The notes: generated by a model from the sequence alone, not told the origin. Counted from the first letter of the stretch, positions 26,591 to 40,957 are shown. The stretch: 64,000 nucleotides of DNA from Malacoraja senta (GCA_038087875.1 CM075979.1:24428001-24492000); one strand, 5' to 3'. Translations and numbers: made by a program.

Positions 26591-27877
26591 AGCTTTCCAA
26601 TTAAACACTGGAGACAAAACAACTGAGAATTGGTTGCTTCAGAGGATGCTGTTAAGATCTTTCAGATCATTGTCAAAGGTTACCATGTATATTTCTTATT
26701 ACTGTATTAAGATAGACAAACATGCAGATGATTGAATAGTTTCCTCATTCAAATGTTGCTGCTCAACAAACATAACTTAAACATTCACGGATTACTTATC
26801 TTTCAATGGAATGATTTCACTGCCAACTTGTTAATAAATGATGTTGGCCCAGTGAACATTGCAAAGAGAATGCAATTATCGCCTGCCAGCAATTATAGAG
26901 AACACATTGGTCCTGGTAATTGGATACACCGTTCTAGTTTAACGAGGGTCAGGGCCGCCATCATCTGTTTCTACTTAAACAATACATTTCCCAGTTTGTT
27001 CACAAACCTTAGTTTTATTAACCCTGTTTTGCATGGCCTGCATATTATAATCTAGTTTTTTGATACGCCGTTGATCAATCCATCTTCAAACAATTGTAAG
27101 AATAGCAATTCCGCTTGGGGTGGGGAGAGGGGGTAGTGAGATCCAAAGTTGGGGACACAGAAGGAACATGAGTGTGGGATCCATTTATAAAAGCAGGGGG
27201 GGAAACCAATCTAAAGGACAAGGACATCTTGGATGCCCTCGAGTGGAAAACCTCCTCTTGGGAGCCAAAGCGGCAGAGGTGGTGAAATTGCGAGTAGGTG
27301 ATGTCGTCTTTGCAAGAGATAGCTTGGGAGGAGGTAGATAAGTCAGTGGGTTTACAGTTGATTTTTACATCTTCATTAGCCAGGAGATTCAGGAAGAATG
27401 AAGAGTGGCTAATGCTATGTCTTTATTTAAGTTCTGCAAGATCCAGCTAAAGACCAGTGTAAAGAATAGTGGGAATGTTACTGGAGGAGCTTTGGGTCTA
27501 TCTGCTTTGGAAAGGCAAGGACTGATTAGGGATGACATGGCTATATGTGGGGATTTTGTCTCAGTAATTTGATAGTTTTGAAAAAGTAATTTGAGGGGAT
27601 TGACTAAGAGGGTAGTTGGCAAGGTTCTAGTCTGGAAGGGTAGTTCTCATGGGATCCAGGGTGAGCTAGCCAAATTGATGCAAAATTGGCTTGGTGATCG
27701 ATTTAAGGTGGTGGTGGAGGGGTGTTTTTTAAGTTGGCAGCTAGCTGTGTGTCGCAGGGACCGATGTTATGTCTCCTGTTGTTTGTCATCTAGATTAACA
27801 ATGTGGATGAAATATAAGTAACATGTTTGAGTTTGCAGATGACACCAAAACTAGTAGAGTAACAGACCCTACTGATG

Positions 27878-28331
27878 CTTTTCGCTGAACACGTATGCTA
27901 CGGGATCTCCTGGTTGACAACCCTTTCAACTCCCCTTCTGTCCTGGGCCTCCTCCATTGCCAGAGTGAGGACGCACAGAAATTGGAGGAACCGCACCTTA
28001 TATTTTGCTTACAACCCAGCGGTATGAACATTGAATTCTCTAATTTGAAGTAACTTATACGAACTCCCCCTTCCCATCCCTCCACTCTAGTCTTTTAGCC
28101 AGTTCCACGGCTCACCACATTATATCCCTCTTTAGATCACACCTTCCCGAGCCAACAATGGGCCTACCAGGGCACTGCCCTGCCTGAGGTAATTTGTTAC
28201 CTGGTTGGTCCTGGTCTTTTCTCGCCTCCAGCACGTCACTCCCCCTCACCCCCCACCAAATTTCAGTCTGAAGAAGGTCCCCGACTGGATGCTTCCTGAC
28301 CCGCTAAGTTACTCCAGAACTTTGTGTCTAG
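27878..28331 (+). mobile_element. Penelope 3' fragment with pLTR
   Basis: Similar to 25330-25710; flanked by CCTACTGATG at 27868-27877 and 28332-28341. Confidence 0.75.
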
Positions 28332-29388
28332 CCTACTGATGTCTTTGCGGCTAACCATCTTGTTTCACCTTTTTCTTCACTTTTTGATGGGAATTGATGG
28401 TACATTGATTTAGCAAAATGTGCTTTTCAGAATCTTAACTCTGATCCCCTATGCGAATCATTCCAGAACAATGGGTGGAATTCCCTTAAATGGATGTCCC
28501 GCTAAGTGCATTTGGCTTGTCTTAGTTCAATTTCTGGATTGCTGAGAACTGCCAAATCCAACATCTATTGCCCATATCTAATTCTCCTGGAATAAATAGC
28601 AGTGAAGTACCTCCTTGAACAATAACTACTTGTGAAGGCCTTCTCAATTCTCAGGTAGAAAGCTCCATGAATTGGCTCGGGTGATGACTAGGGAATAGCA
28701 ATATTGTGTTCAATATTGTAGTCAATTATGACTTCAAGTCAGGATATTGTGCGACTTGAAGGAACTTGCAAAGGCAATGCTCCATGTGTCTGTTACATGT
28801 CTTCTTGGTCGTCAGTGTTCCTGTTTTGGGATATGCTGCTGAAGTAACCATGGTAAGTACAATGGATGTTGTAGATGACACATTCTGCCAGAGTAAAACA
28901 ATGGTGGGGAAGGGAATGAATACTTGAGTGATGCATGCCAATCAAGCAGACTGCTTTGTCTTCTATGTTGAGCCTCTTGAGTTCTGCTGGAGTTCCACTC
29001 ATCGAGCAAAGTGGAGAGTATTCTACCATATTGCTGATTTATTTTTCTCTTGCAAGTGTTGGGAAGGAACTGGAGGCTCCAGAGGCGTGACATATGTTTA
29101 GCATATCTTCTTCTAACTTTTTTTTACAGAATTTATTTTCATGGTTCAGTTGACTTCTGATTTAATAGTGAGAGTCCGGGCATTGGTGGACTCTGTTGTG
29201 CTGCCGGTGAATATCATTTATGGTCATTTACTGGCATTTTCACTTGTCACTTCTTGCCTTTCAGCCCATATTTCAATATTGTCTGATTTGTTGCATGCAA
29301 GCATTGACACTTTAGAAGGGTCTGTACATTGTATAATTTATCAGAGTGCAAACCAATTCTGACCTTGTGGAAGGAAGGTCATGATGAA

Positions 29389-29533
29389 CAGTGACAGACT
29401 GGGTCTAAAAATATTGGTTGCCAGGAGACAAAGGGGGCCCACTTCATCAGGGGCCCACTTGATATAGGGGGCCCACTTCATCAGGGGCCCACTTGCCATC
29501 GGGCAAGCTGACACCCTGGCCAGTCCACCACTG
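29389..29533. mobile_element. 145-bp hAT-type MITE
   Basis: TIRs CAGTGACAGACTGG / CCAGTCCACCACTG; perfect 8-bp TSD ATGATGAA at 29381-29388 and 29534-29541; four internal GGGGCCCACTT repeats. Confidence 0.85.
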
Positions 29534-29548
29534 ATGATGAAGCAGTTG

Positions 29549-29790
29549 CGTTTAGAGATAGTGTCGAAACAGGCCCATCGAGTCCATGCTGACCAGCAAT
29601 CACCCCCACACAAGTTCTATCCTGCACCCTAGAGACAATTTCCAGAAGCCAATTAACCTACAAACCTGTACATCTTTGGAATATGGGAGGATACCCGGAC
29701 AAAACCTACAGTCACGGGGAGAACAAACAAACTCCGTTAAGACAGCCCCCATAGTCAGGATCGAACTTGGGTCTCCACCTCTGTGCTGCG
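29549..29790 (-). mobile_element. HE1-like SINE
   Basis: Reverse-complement similarity to 40653-40957, including the B box (GGATCGAAC on +). Confidence 0.7.
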
Positions 29791-30371
29791 AGGTTGAAGA
29801 TGGTTGGGCTTGGGACACTACTCTGAGGAACTCTTACAGTTCTCGCAATACTGGATTGGGATGATTGACCTCCAACAATCTGATATGCCTGTTCATTCAA
29901 GGTATGATGCTGACCATTGGAGATTTTTCCTGAGCCTGGTGATTTCAGTTTTGCCATGGCTTCTTGATGTCACACTTGTTCAAATACTGCTCAGTCATCA
30001 AGCACACTCTGCCCACCTTCACAATTCCGCTCTTTGTTCTGGCTAGGGGGTCAGTGGAATGAGGTCAGTGGAAATAAATGACCGTAATAAAACTCTAAAC
30101 TGGGAATCAGTGCGTGGGTCATTGGTAAGTTAATTACACCCTTGATCACTTTGATTGTGAATAGACTGATAGGGCAGTCATTAGCAGGTTGAATTTGTCC
30201 TGCTTTGGGTGGGCAGGATACGGCTTGACAATTTTCTGCATTGTCAGATAAAGTGCAAGTGTTTTATCTGCACTGGGACAGCATGGCTAAAGGAACAGTT
30301 AATTTTGGATTCTTCAAGTTGAAATAAATCTTCAGGTTGTTATTTGGTCACCCAGCTTTTGCTTTTTCCAA

Positions 30372-30466
30372 GATATAGACGAAAAATGCTGGAATAACTC
30401 AGCGGGACAGGTAGCATCTCTGGGGAGAGAATGGACAACGTTTCGGGTCAAAACCCTTCTTCAGAA
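30372..30466 (-). mobile_element. Short Penelope pLTR-derived insert
   Basis: Same family; TTTTGCTTTTTCCAA duplicated at 30357-30371 and 30467-30481. Confidence 0.75.
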
Positions 30467-32503
30467 TTTTGCTTTTTCCAATTGTCTTACCTATTCCTTT
30501 ATCACTCTGAGTAAATGACATTGGCTTCTATGATGTAGGGGATCTCAGGAGGAGATTGATCATCCACCTGGCAATTCTGGCTGATGAACACGATTGCAGA
30601 TGCTTTGGCCATGCTGGGCTTGTGATCACTGATGATAGAGCTTGGATCCCTTCTGTTAGTTAATTTCTTCAGATACCTGTGGTCTAAATCAAAACTTGGA
30701 ACACTCATCTTTAGTCCATTAACTTAAAACTCTAAAACCATTATTTTTGTTACATACTCGGTTTGAACATCTCATGTCAGCACCAGGTTCATGCTCGTCA
30801 AATCAGAATGTAGAGGATTTGAGATGCATTCAATGACATACTTAACGAGATTAACAAATTAAAATGAATGACCCAAATGTTACAGCAGATGAAATTAAGA
30901 TTTTTTGGAAGACTCTAAAATTATACATGTAAAGTAGGCTGAGGAAATGATTGAGGGTATAAAGCAGAAAAGAACTACACTGCCAACAGGGTTTTAATGT
31001 CTGAGGACTTCTCAGAATATTTGGGGCGCTCCCATACGAGTCACATCTCCTGACAGTTATGTGAGAAATCAGATTGTTGCATGCTGAACTGGCATCATTT
31101 CCAAACACCATTACAGGGTATTTTCTGTCTCTATCCCATGTGTAACATTAAACGGATGAAGCACAAGTTACTTTAAGGAATAGCAGAATATTGGATGTGA
31201 TATTAACAAGATTGTACGACCAGACCTAAGATTCTCTTTTGATACAAAGGTGTGTAATTCAATTAGGAACATGAGCTACTGTATTAAACATTAGTTTATA
31301 TTCATGTTCAGACACTTTTGTTAAATAAATAGTTTTTGCTGAACATTATAGCCTCCTGAAACACTAAATAAAAGATGGATAGACCATGTAGCTATGACAT
31401 AAGTTCCTCTTTAGCTGTTTAAAAAAAAAAAAAAGATAACCTGAAGTAAGGAGGTTGTGGAAGCCCTGCTGGTTGATACTCATTTAATCAGACTCTGAAA
31501 ACAACACAATGGAAAGTCTGCACAATGTGTGTCTTAACTGGGCACATCAATCCCTCTCTAAAATCTGCCACCCCTGAACTCTATGTGGGAATCTTTTCTT
31601 AGCATGGGGACAGTGGTTCCAAATTGTTTTTCCATCCTCTTCTGTGGAAAAGTGTTACGTAAACAAATTGACTCAACTGCAAAGTCACTGTAATATGAGA
31701 GCATTTCATAAATGTATTAATTTTTAAGTAAACCTTACATAGCTCAGTGCAGGATTTCTCTAATTAGTTTGACAGATGCATGGATAGGGAAGGTTCAGAA
31801 GGATATGGGTCAAATGGGACTAGCTTAGATGGGGCAGCTTGGTTGGCATGGATAAGTTGGGCCATGGGGTATGTTTCTGTGCTGTATTACTCCAAAGCTA
31901 TTCAAAGGCTCTTGCTGCACCATATTCAATGCGTACATGTGCAAATAAACATGATCAAATGTGTATGATTGTATTACAGGAAACTTGCAGTCGAAATCTC
32001 AAGTAGATCGTCTAGTGCACTGAATTAACAAGAGCACCTATCCCCTAATACCAGATGTTACAGTATTTAATTTACCTAATTTTCTCTCTGTCATATTGTT
32101 TTTGCTAGTTTAATAGTGTTTAAACCTTTATCACTTCTCACTGTCACACTTCACTGAGGATTATGGCAGGTTATCACTGCCTTATAATGCCCGCCAAATA
32201 TGTGGATGGGCATAAAATTGCACTCGTATATTTTATGATGTTTCATAAGGGTTTTGCGGTACAGCTTGGCCTGACTGTCTTTAATTTACTTCTTGGTCAC
32301 ATTCTCTCTGCCAAAATATCAGGAGTAAGTTTGTTCTATGATTTGTTCAAAAGAGGACATTGGCAATTTTTCTGATACTAGAGTGATCCATACAAGCCTT
32401 AAACAGGAAGGACTTAATATTTAGGGTTGGGTTAACTTGCAGCAGCTAACATTCACAGCTCAATAAGTTCCAGTCAATAACTGTTCCACACAAGAGCAAG
32501 TTA

Positions 32504-33541
32504 TAGCAATGTTACAAAATTTTGAGATTTAAAAAATAAAGTCTGCAATTTATCCCATCAGATAAAGCATAAAAATAAGTTTAATTTGACACTTAATTCA
32601 CTTTCATATCTTCAGTATTAAAGTTATGGCCATTATCATACTCAGAAATTAGCATCTAGTTCCCTATTGCTTTTCCATTGACTTAACACAAAAGCTGTGA
32701 TCGAGGACAGTTAAAAGCCCATAACTTTCTTAAAAATTATGATAACTGAAAGAAATTTTCAGGTATTATAGATTGAAGCATTCTGAAACAAATATGAAAC
32801 AATCTTACTTCGAAGACATGAAAGTAAAGCATATAATTAGTTAGTTACCTAATTGTAGCTAATTACAAAATTCAATTACTAGATCTAAACATCTATCAAT
32901 TTCTTAAGAATAGATTAACATTTTTAAATAGCCTAAGTGTCCAAATAACATTCACACAATAATTCACAATATAACATAATTTTTAAATCTAATTTTCATG
33001 AATTTACAGGCCAAATGGAAGGAATTGAATGTTTAATACCTGTAAATTAATGGGGATTTAATTCATCTTGCGAGTGAGGATTACTGGAACGCGATCTTTT
33101 GGAACGTTGATTTGCGGTGAATTTAACCCCGTATTGGCATGAAAAATACTGCCGTTAATTCGGGGAATAAAATCACCGTGTCGCATGAAAAAATGTGAAT
33201 TAAAGGCTTCTTAAGAAGCACTTTTATACATTTAAAGAAAGCACTTTCGTTTACCTGTCCCGTGTGTGAAATCCGTCCCCGTTATCGGCGTTGACGCTTC
33301 AGGAGCTGCTTTTAAAATTACTGTAGCGCTGACATTGACGATTTAATAAAAATAAAAAATTCACAAAACGCCGGTAGGAACGATTTTGTCAGCCAAGGCT
33401 TGTACTCCAACAAAATATTCCCAGGACAAGGGAGGAGAAACCCGCGTTTTAACCCCGCCCCCCCTTAAAGGCGCCAAAATCGCGCACACGGCCAGTGGCA
33501 GAATTACAGCGCGACTGAAGGTAAGTTTTGTAACATACCTA
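32504..33541 (+). mobile_element. Non-autonomous TIR DNA transposon (hAT-like, possibly hATw), copy 2
   Basis: 16-bp TIRs TAGCAATGTTACAAAA / TTTTGTAACATACCTA (2 mismatches); flanking direct repeat CAAGTTA at 32497-32503 and 33542-33548. Confidence 0.9.
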
Positions 33542-36500
33542 CAAGTTAAGCCATATCCTCAAGGGGAAAAAAAAGACAAAGTGTTGGAGTAACACAGCAG
33601 GTCGGGCAGCATTCCTGGAGAACATGGATAGGACCCTTAGATCCTGACCTGAAAGGTCGCCAATCCTTGTTTTCCTGGGATGCTGCCTGGTCTGCTGAGT
33701 CACAACAACACTTATCGAACAGCATCTTCAGGTCCTTGATTCTCCATATCCTTATGATCTTCAATGGCAGCACAAAATCTACTATCAACATGCTGATGTG
33801 GAGACAGAAGCTGAAGACCATCTTTCTCAACAAGAAAGCACCATCTAAATCATAACTTCAATTATCAGAAAATAATTGGATAATTAAGATTTTGCATTTG
33901 AAAAAATTATTGACACGTTTTTAAATGTGAGCTAAACATTTCAGATTCTTTCAGTTATATGATGAGATGTTGTATAGTAGGGTACGAGTGCCATGGAAAT
34001 ACTGGTTTGTTTCTAACATTGGGAATAAATTGGCTGAACACAAGCTGAGAATTAGTTTGTTAGACCTCAAGGGATCCAGACAAGTTCCTCCCAAGAGATT
34101 AAAGTATTAAAAGGCAGGACAAATTCCCTTTATGATACTAGTAATTGGAGTTTCTTGGCACTTGCTTCATCATCTTTGTGGGGTGGTAGAGTATCTCCCC
34201 CAATCTTTTGAAAACAAAAAATAATAATTCCCTTCATTATTGTGCTTTAAACAGAAATAGGTGTAACAAGTAGGTGGTTCAAATATATTTCCTTCATACT
34301 GTTATAGTAACTCTTCTGCTCATAACTGGAACAGTTCCTGATCCTATGCCTCCGCCAGTACAATACCATATATACTGGGAGCATTGGATCAGTGAATTTA
34401 ACTTTAAATGCTTGATGATCTATTTATCAAAAACCAGGACACTCCAAAAAGTCTAATATCATGAATGGTTAATTGCTTCAACAAGAAACGAGTCAGAGTT
34501 TATTTTTCATTTTACTGATAACTTTACACAGGATAAAGTTGTTATTACAAAGTGCTAAAAACTGTGTACTATTAAACATTATTACTTGATCAGTTTATCT
34601 GCAATATTTTGCACTAGGTTTTTAAAAGCCTTGTTAATTAAGTTATATTGATCTGGATTTTACCTTATAGGAATATTAATAGTATTCATTATGCATTTGT
34701 GACATTAACATATTACATACATCAAAAATACACGCAATTACACAATCAGTAGTTTTTGCAGGTACAATGGTGAAGTTTATCTGGATTCACGAGCACAGAC
34801 CCCAAAATAACCAGATTGAACAAAACAGCACTACACTGAAGCACAGATAATCTAGTCCAACAGGGCTTTTACGCATTTTCTGATTGCAATATCAAATACA
34901 TTTTCTTCCAATTAAGTTAAATAATTCCCTTTTCTCAACTGTAAACAACAGGTTTTCTAAAAATTGACACTCTTGTTTGATGCACTTCATTGCACCTATA
35001 AACATCAAGATGTTTATAAATTTTGCTATTCAGTACAATAATTGAATCTGGTGGTAACACAATCTATAAAATCCTTAATTCAATTTTTAGTTATTTCATC
35101 AACAGGGACACTGTACATTGCATTATACTGTTCTGTAAATATGCTCCTCGACTATACAGATGTCAAAATTCTTCTTCCTATCGTGGTAACAGATAATATC
35201 ATGGAGATTGCACAGCATAGGAAAGAGAGGATAACCACACAGAAATCACAATGTAGGCAGGTGTTCCAGATGGTGACAACAAATAAAAAACCTGCATCTT
35301 GAAATAAGCAAATAGTATTAGTATTATTACTAATAGTAATATTAGTACCTGTAACAATATATTTAGCATTCTTGTATTTAAAAACAAATCATTTTAAAGA
35401 ACTCTAATACTCAAATTGCTTGCAGGTTTATATACAATTTAATACTTTAAATTCAATTTCATAGTTTTGAAAATTTGATTTGGATCTTGCAAACTGCACA
35501 TGAAAATAGCGAGGAAATGGCTTCAAGCCTGTGACCAAATGAACCTAAATAACATTGTTTGGTAATGTTTTATATTTGAGAGCAACATATCTTCAAGAGA
35601 AATGATGGCTGGAATTAGTGAGTTGTCATTCCAAACATCCACTTTCACAATGAATAGGATGATTTTTACAAGACTCTGGCATTTGTGTGGGCAATATCTC
35701 TTAACTGCAGCAGGTATTTTGTTTTAGAGTATCACACTGTGGACAACCAGTGATCTTAATCTTGTCACCGAGCAGAATGTTGTGTGTAGAAACGTCACTG
35801 AGCTGTCGATGCTCAGAGCAACTAAACTAACAGTGAACTATTCAAGTATAATTGATAGAAATTAACAATATTTTATGTCATTAACACTATGTTTCTGATG
35901 CCCACTTTTAAACAGGGGGCCATAATTTTTAATCTAAGAAACAATGAGATTAATATGTGCAAATCCTGCAAGTTCAATGCAGAAATCCAAATAAGTGTCT
36001 GAAAAATGCTTTTCTGTCATTAGATGTATTAATATGCCCTGAAGCTGCAAAAAATGCCCATACAAACTAATTTCATGGCATATTGTTCCTGTCCTTCATC
36101 CCCACTTTTTATTCGGTTTGCTATTCTAACTTCTTAATCCTTCAATCTAATTGGATACGGTGAAACAGTTTCCTTTACCCTCACTTTCCAGAACTTTGTG
36201 ATCATAATCAGATTATGTTTTCAGAAACTTACTAACGGAAATGTTAAAAACCTAGCATGCAAGCGCAAGACTGACTAATTCAGATGTCATGCCAGAGCAA
36301 ATTATAGCTGCATATTTCACCATTTGATGTCTTTCTTCCTGCTGCTGCAATTATTGGGGATGCTGAAACCCAATACATTTAACCAGTTTTCAAGTCTGCT
36401 CCACAGCAGACTAGAAAACACGTCTATTGCTATTTTATGAATATTTTTTAAAAGGTCGTTTTTTAAATTAAATCCTGTCAATTGTTGAGTACCTGGCTTT

Positions 36501-39500
36501 AAAATTTAAAAGAACACTATCTTGGCAACTACAGAAAGGCCTCTCTCTCAATTAGTTAATTATAAGAAGCTGTGATAAATTGTTCTCATTTACTTCGATA
36601 GATTTCTTTTTTAAATGAACTTTGCTTGCATAACTGGTGAATTCAGTTATAGAACCTTGTTTAAGTGTAATATACTAATTATAAAATCTTGATAAGTGAA
36701 CAATATAATCTTAATGTACTTCAGTCAATTTTCTCAGACTGCTTAGCTGATTCATTGTGAAATTTGGAAAATGCGGTACGGTGGGGGGAAACAGGCAAAA
36801 CATTATGTTAACATTGTTCTGCCTTGGCAAATGACAATCCACCCGTGGGACTTGAGTGTGATGGCTCAAGACCTGAAGAGAAGCATTGAGCCATCACTGA
36901 GGCAAATCCAACTTTGAACCATTGTTTTCATGATGCAATTCCTCTGAAGCTAACAATCAGAAGTGATATCTCTGAGTGATTGCTATCTCTTCCTCCACCA
37001 TCAACCAGCCCCCAAAGCCACATGTGGTGCCATGTAAAAGATTTGCGAAAATTAAGGCACATAGCATTAAATGTAATGTACTCATAATAACTTAAATTTG
37101 ATATTCTTTTGAAAAAATAATTATAAATGCAGATGCTGAACACAACCACAATGAAGGGTCAAGTCAGCAACCTTGGTCACTGATCTGTGAGCAGTCTTTG
37201 GCTGAATCCTTGATGATTGTCTTGAACATATACATTAAGTAAAACAACTCGTACAGGCTCACAACCAAATCACTACTAGACTTCATAAATACAAGTCCAT
37301 ACTGAAAAAGAATACTGTTGTGTTCTCTTTACTACCTCCAATCTTAAGGCCATAACATTTTCCAGCTAATGGGACATTTGCTTAAAAATTGCTCCAGTGA
37401 TTTCTGCTGATGTTGTCAGGAAAGCCAAAGAAAACAAGTTCATGTGAACTAATCGGCAATTCACTAGGAAATCCTCTGCTTCAGTTCAATGGCTTTCATA
37501 GCCAAGCTGAGCCCAATTTTTGTTTCTCAATTCTTGCACCTCGTCCACTATCACTTTTAGGACGTTAACACAAAACAACACCACAAATCATCCTGCAATC
37601 CTTCATTTTCTTTTGTACTCACACTGATTAACTATATTTCCTTTTCAAACAAAAAATGGTAAGCTAACTTTTTTTGCCTCGTAACAAAACTCCAATCTGA
37701 CAAGTACTAAACAATAATATAAATGAGTTACAAGTGGATTATTTAATCTTTGACTTGTTTATATTACCTATGAAGGTAGAATGTATATATTTGAACCTGA
37801 ATTAGTGCAACTTTCTCAGTTATTTCTAATAAAATTTCCCTTTGGATATAAATTGAAGTTACTTATCTGAAAACCATTTTTGTTGAAAATTAGATGGCCT
37901 AAATGTGTATTTAGTCGACATCCTTTTAGAGTTGCTTACAGTATTATATTTAATATTGCCAGTACCATTGCTTTTAGCTCTTTTTCTCCCGTATTTCCTA
38001 TTATAAATTGATTGTGCTGCTCGGCAGTCTTCTAATGCAGAGAACCTGCCAGGTTACACCACCGTTTGAGCTCAGATTTGTCATGAAATAGAACGCAGGA
38101 CTACAAGCAATTCAAATGCAGAAGTAGAAGGTGTTTCGTACAATTCTCTAAGGAGCACTACTTGGGTAAATATATTTTTGTGAGCTAAATTCACAAATTT
38201 TGAACTGCATTCAGTAGAAAAATTGTACTTTAAATTTGCTACCTATTATCAAGCAACTCCATGAATATCCACGTGAAATCATGGAATTTTACTTTTCATG
38301 TTTAGTAAATTCACTAGGACATAAAAACCAAGCTGTGCACCATTAGAACTTTTTTTTTCTCTGTGCATATAGCCAAAATAATCAATGCACTTTTGCTTGT
38401 ATTACACAATGACTATACAATCCTTTCCATGTGTACAATAGAGCAATAAAAAAACAACACTTTTTTACATGCTGTGTTCTCCTATAATCATTTCTTATCT
38501 TAAGTGAGGTGATAAACTCCAGAGGTGTCCATTTGATTATCTAAATCAAATCAGTAAGCTTCATTGTGTTAATTCATCATGTTGCTGAGACTATGCAGTA
38601 TGTAATCCTTTAGATATATTCAAATAGATTAGTGCAGGTGATTCAGTAACTTTTGATGTAGATTGTGCTCTATGAACCGCAACATAGGCTTTATACTTAT
38701 GGTAACCTATATTCTTGAAAGGCATTACTGATTCATCAAATACTCAACGTGAAGTTAACTACCAAGTAGATGAGATGTAGATAATAAACAATTATTCTCC
38801 ATTTAATGCTAATGTTATTTCTACTGGTCCCACTTTTGCTGTCAAATATGCATTAAAATGAAAGAAAAAAAACACACCTTGTCATTATGCACAACTCATT
38901 CTTTGCCTCAAATATTATGCGCTTCCATGTAATGGATATTAATTACATGAATAAAGCTTTTTTTATTTCGGGCATCTTGATAGGTACAGCATGGTTAGAT
39001 GTAAAGCTTCATGTAAAGATGTCAACAAAATGCCACAGCACCTACAGGAAAGCATTAATAGTGTCCCTGTGCACTGATTTTTCATTTATACAAGACTAAT
39101 TTCATGATTTCAAGTAGGAATGTTAATTTAATGTAAATTAGTCCAGCATTGAGCTTCTGCGTTATTTGATTTGTGTCAAAATTGTCCTGCTATTACTGTA
39201 TATTTATTCAATGCTCTTAAAGTAGTTTTACTCTTTTGGTTTACTTTTCGGGGGGGGGGGGGGGGGGAGAAACAGCAACTGAATACCCTTAATCATTCCA
39301 TGGTTATCTAATTAAAACTTAATCTTATCGCTAGAGTAGGAATTTTATACAGTCTGTTCAGGAACTCATTTGTTGTGACAACTGTGTTATCAGATCTGTG
39401 GTTTACATAACGTCAATCCTTTTGTGGTCTTCTAAAAGAATGAAATATTCTTAAGCAGCTGCCTCACTGCTATGCTATACCTATATTTTCTGCTTGTGCA

Positions 39501-39962
39501 TAGTGAAACATTTGGTGATAGCATTGCTCAAATGGGCAAAGATTCTGGCAATACTAATTGAAAACTAGATATAACAACTATACAGAGCAGTGGTTAAAGA
39601 GCCAATGGGAACTTTAAGTAATCGCCAACATATTTTTCAAACTCCCCGAATGTAAAACTTCCAAATCTAAAGTATGCAGGCACCTAAAATGTAATTCTGC
39701 ACATAAAAACCCATCCTTTCAAAGCAACTATGATGCGTGTCTAAACAGTGGTAGAAATATAATGGTGCATTACAGCAATTGATGGCATGTTTATTACAAC
39801 CATGAATTTGAGCATGGAAAGATTTATAGAATTGCTAGACCACTCGGAGAAATGACAGGATGTTTACAGCCTAACATCCTATTCCTCAACTATCATATTC
39901 TACTGCAACCAATACCACTGTTGCGAAGTGTGCACACAGCCCAACATCTCCACATTCCAAAA

Positions 39963-40428
39963 GTCAGTTCAAGGTTAATTCCAGGATGGCGGGACTGTCA
40001 TATGCTGAGAGAATGGAGCGGCTGGGCTTGTGTACTCTGGAATTTAGAAGGATGAGAGGGTATCTTATTGAAACATATAATATTATTAAGGGTTTGGACA
40101 CGCTAGAGGCAGGAAACATGTTCCCGATGTTGGGGGAGTCCAGAACCAGGGGCCACAGTTTAAGAATAAGGGGTAAGCCATTTAGAACGGAGATGAGAAA
40201 ACACTTTTTCACACAAAGTTGTGAGTCTGTGGAATGCCTCGGAGGGCAGTGGAGGCCGGTTCTCTGGATACTTTCAAGAGAGAGCTAGATAGGGCTCTTG
40301 AAGATAACGGAGTCGGGGGATATAAGGAGAAGGCAGGAACGGGTTATTGATTGTGGATGATCAGCCATGATCACATTGAATGGCGGTGCTGGCTTGAAGG
40401 GCCGAATGGCCTACTCCTGCACCTATTG
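39963..40428 (+). mobile_element. CR1/HER1 LINE 3' fragment in putative DAGLA 3' UTR
   Basis: RLIPGMAGLSYAERMERLGL...RTRGHSLRI; nearly identical to 63720-64000. Confidence 0.9.
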
Positions 40429-40652
40429 TCAGTACGTATCCTCCCTTGTATCAGCTTGTACACCTGCCAATTTTGTAATTAATAACCTGGGGGGTGGGGG
40501 GGGGGGAATAATAATTTGCTGTCGGTATGAAGCCAAATTTGCTTTCCATATTAAGATTATCTTATCAGAATAAGCAATAGCATATTCCTATAAATAGAAG
40601 AATTGAATTTCAAGCAACAATGATATTACTGCAAAACACAACAAATGGAAGG

Positions 40653-40957
40653 TGGTCACGGTGGTGCCGTGGTAAGGTTGCTGCCTTACAGCGCTGGAGA
40701 CTTGGGTTCGATCCCGACTACGGATGCTGTCTGTACTGACTTTGTACGTTCTCTCCGTGACTGCGTGGGTTTTCTCCGAGATCTTCAGTTTCCTCCCACA
40801 CTCCAAAGACGTACAGGTTTGTAAGGTAATTGGATTGGTGTAATTGTAAATTATCCCTAGTATGTGTAGGATAGTGGTAATGTGCGGGGATTGCTGCTCG
40901 GCGCAGACTCAGTGGGCCGAAGGGCCTGATTCCGTGTTGTATCTCTAAACTAAACTA
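40653..40957 (+). mobile_element. tRNA-derived SINE (HE1/V-SINE-like)
   Basis: A-box-like GGTGGTGCCGTGG, B box GGTTCGATCCC, central conserved block, and CR1-like tail GGGCCGAAGGGCCTG...(CTAAA)n. Confidence 0.8.

Noticed and set aside
40653-40730. tRNA gene
   Set aside because: A/B boxes belong to a SINE head that continues into SINE body and tail; no clean cloverleaf.
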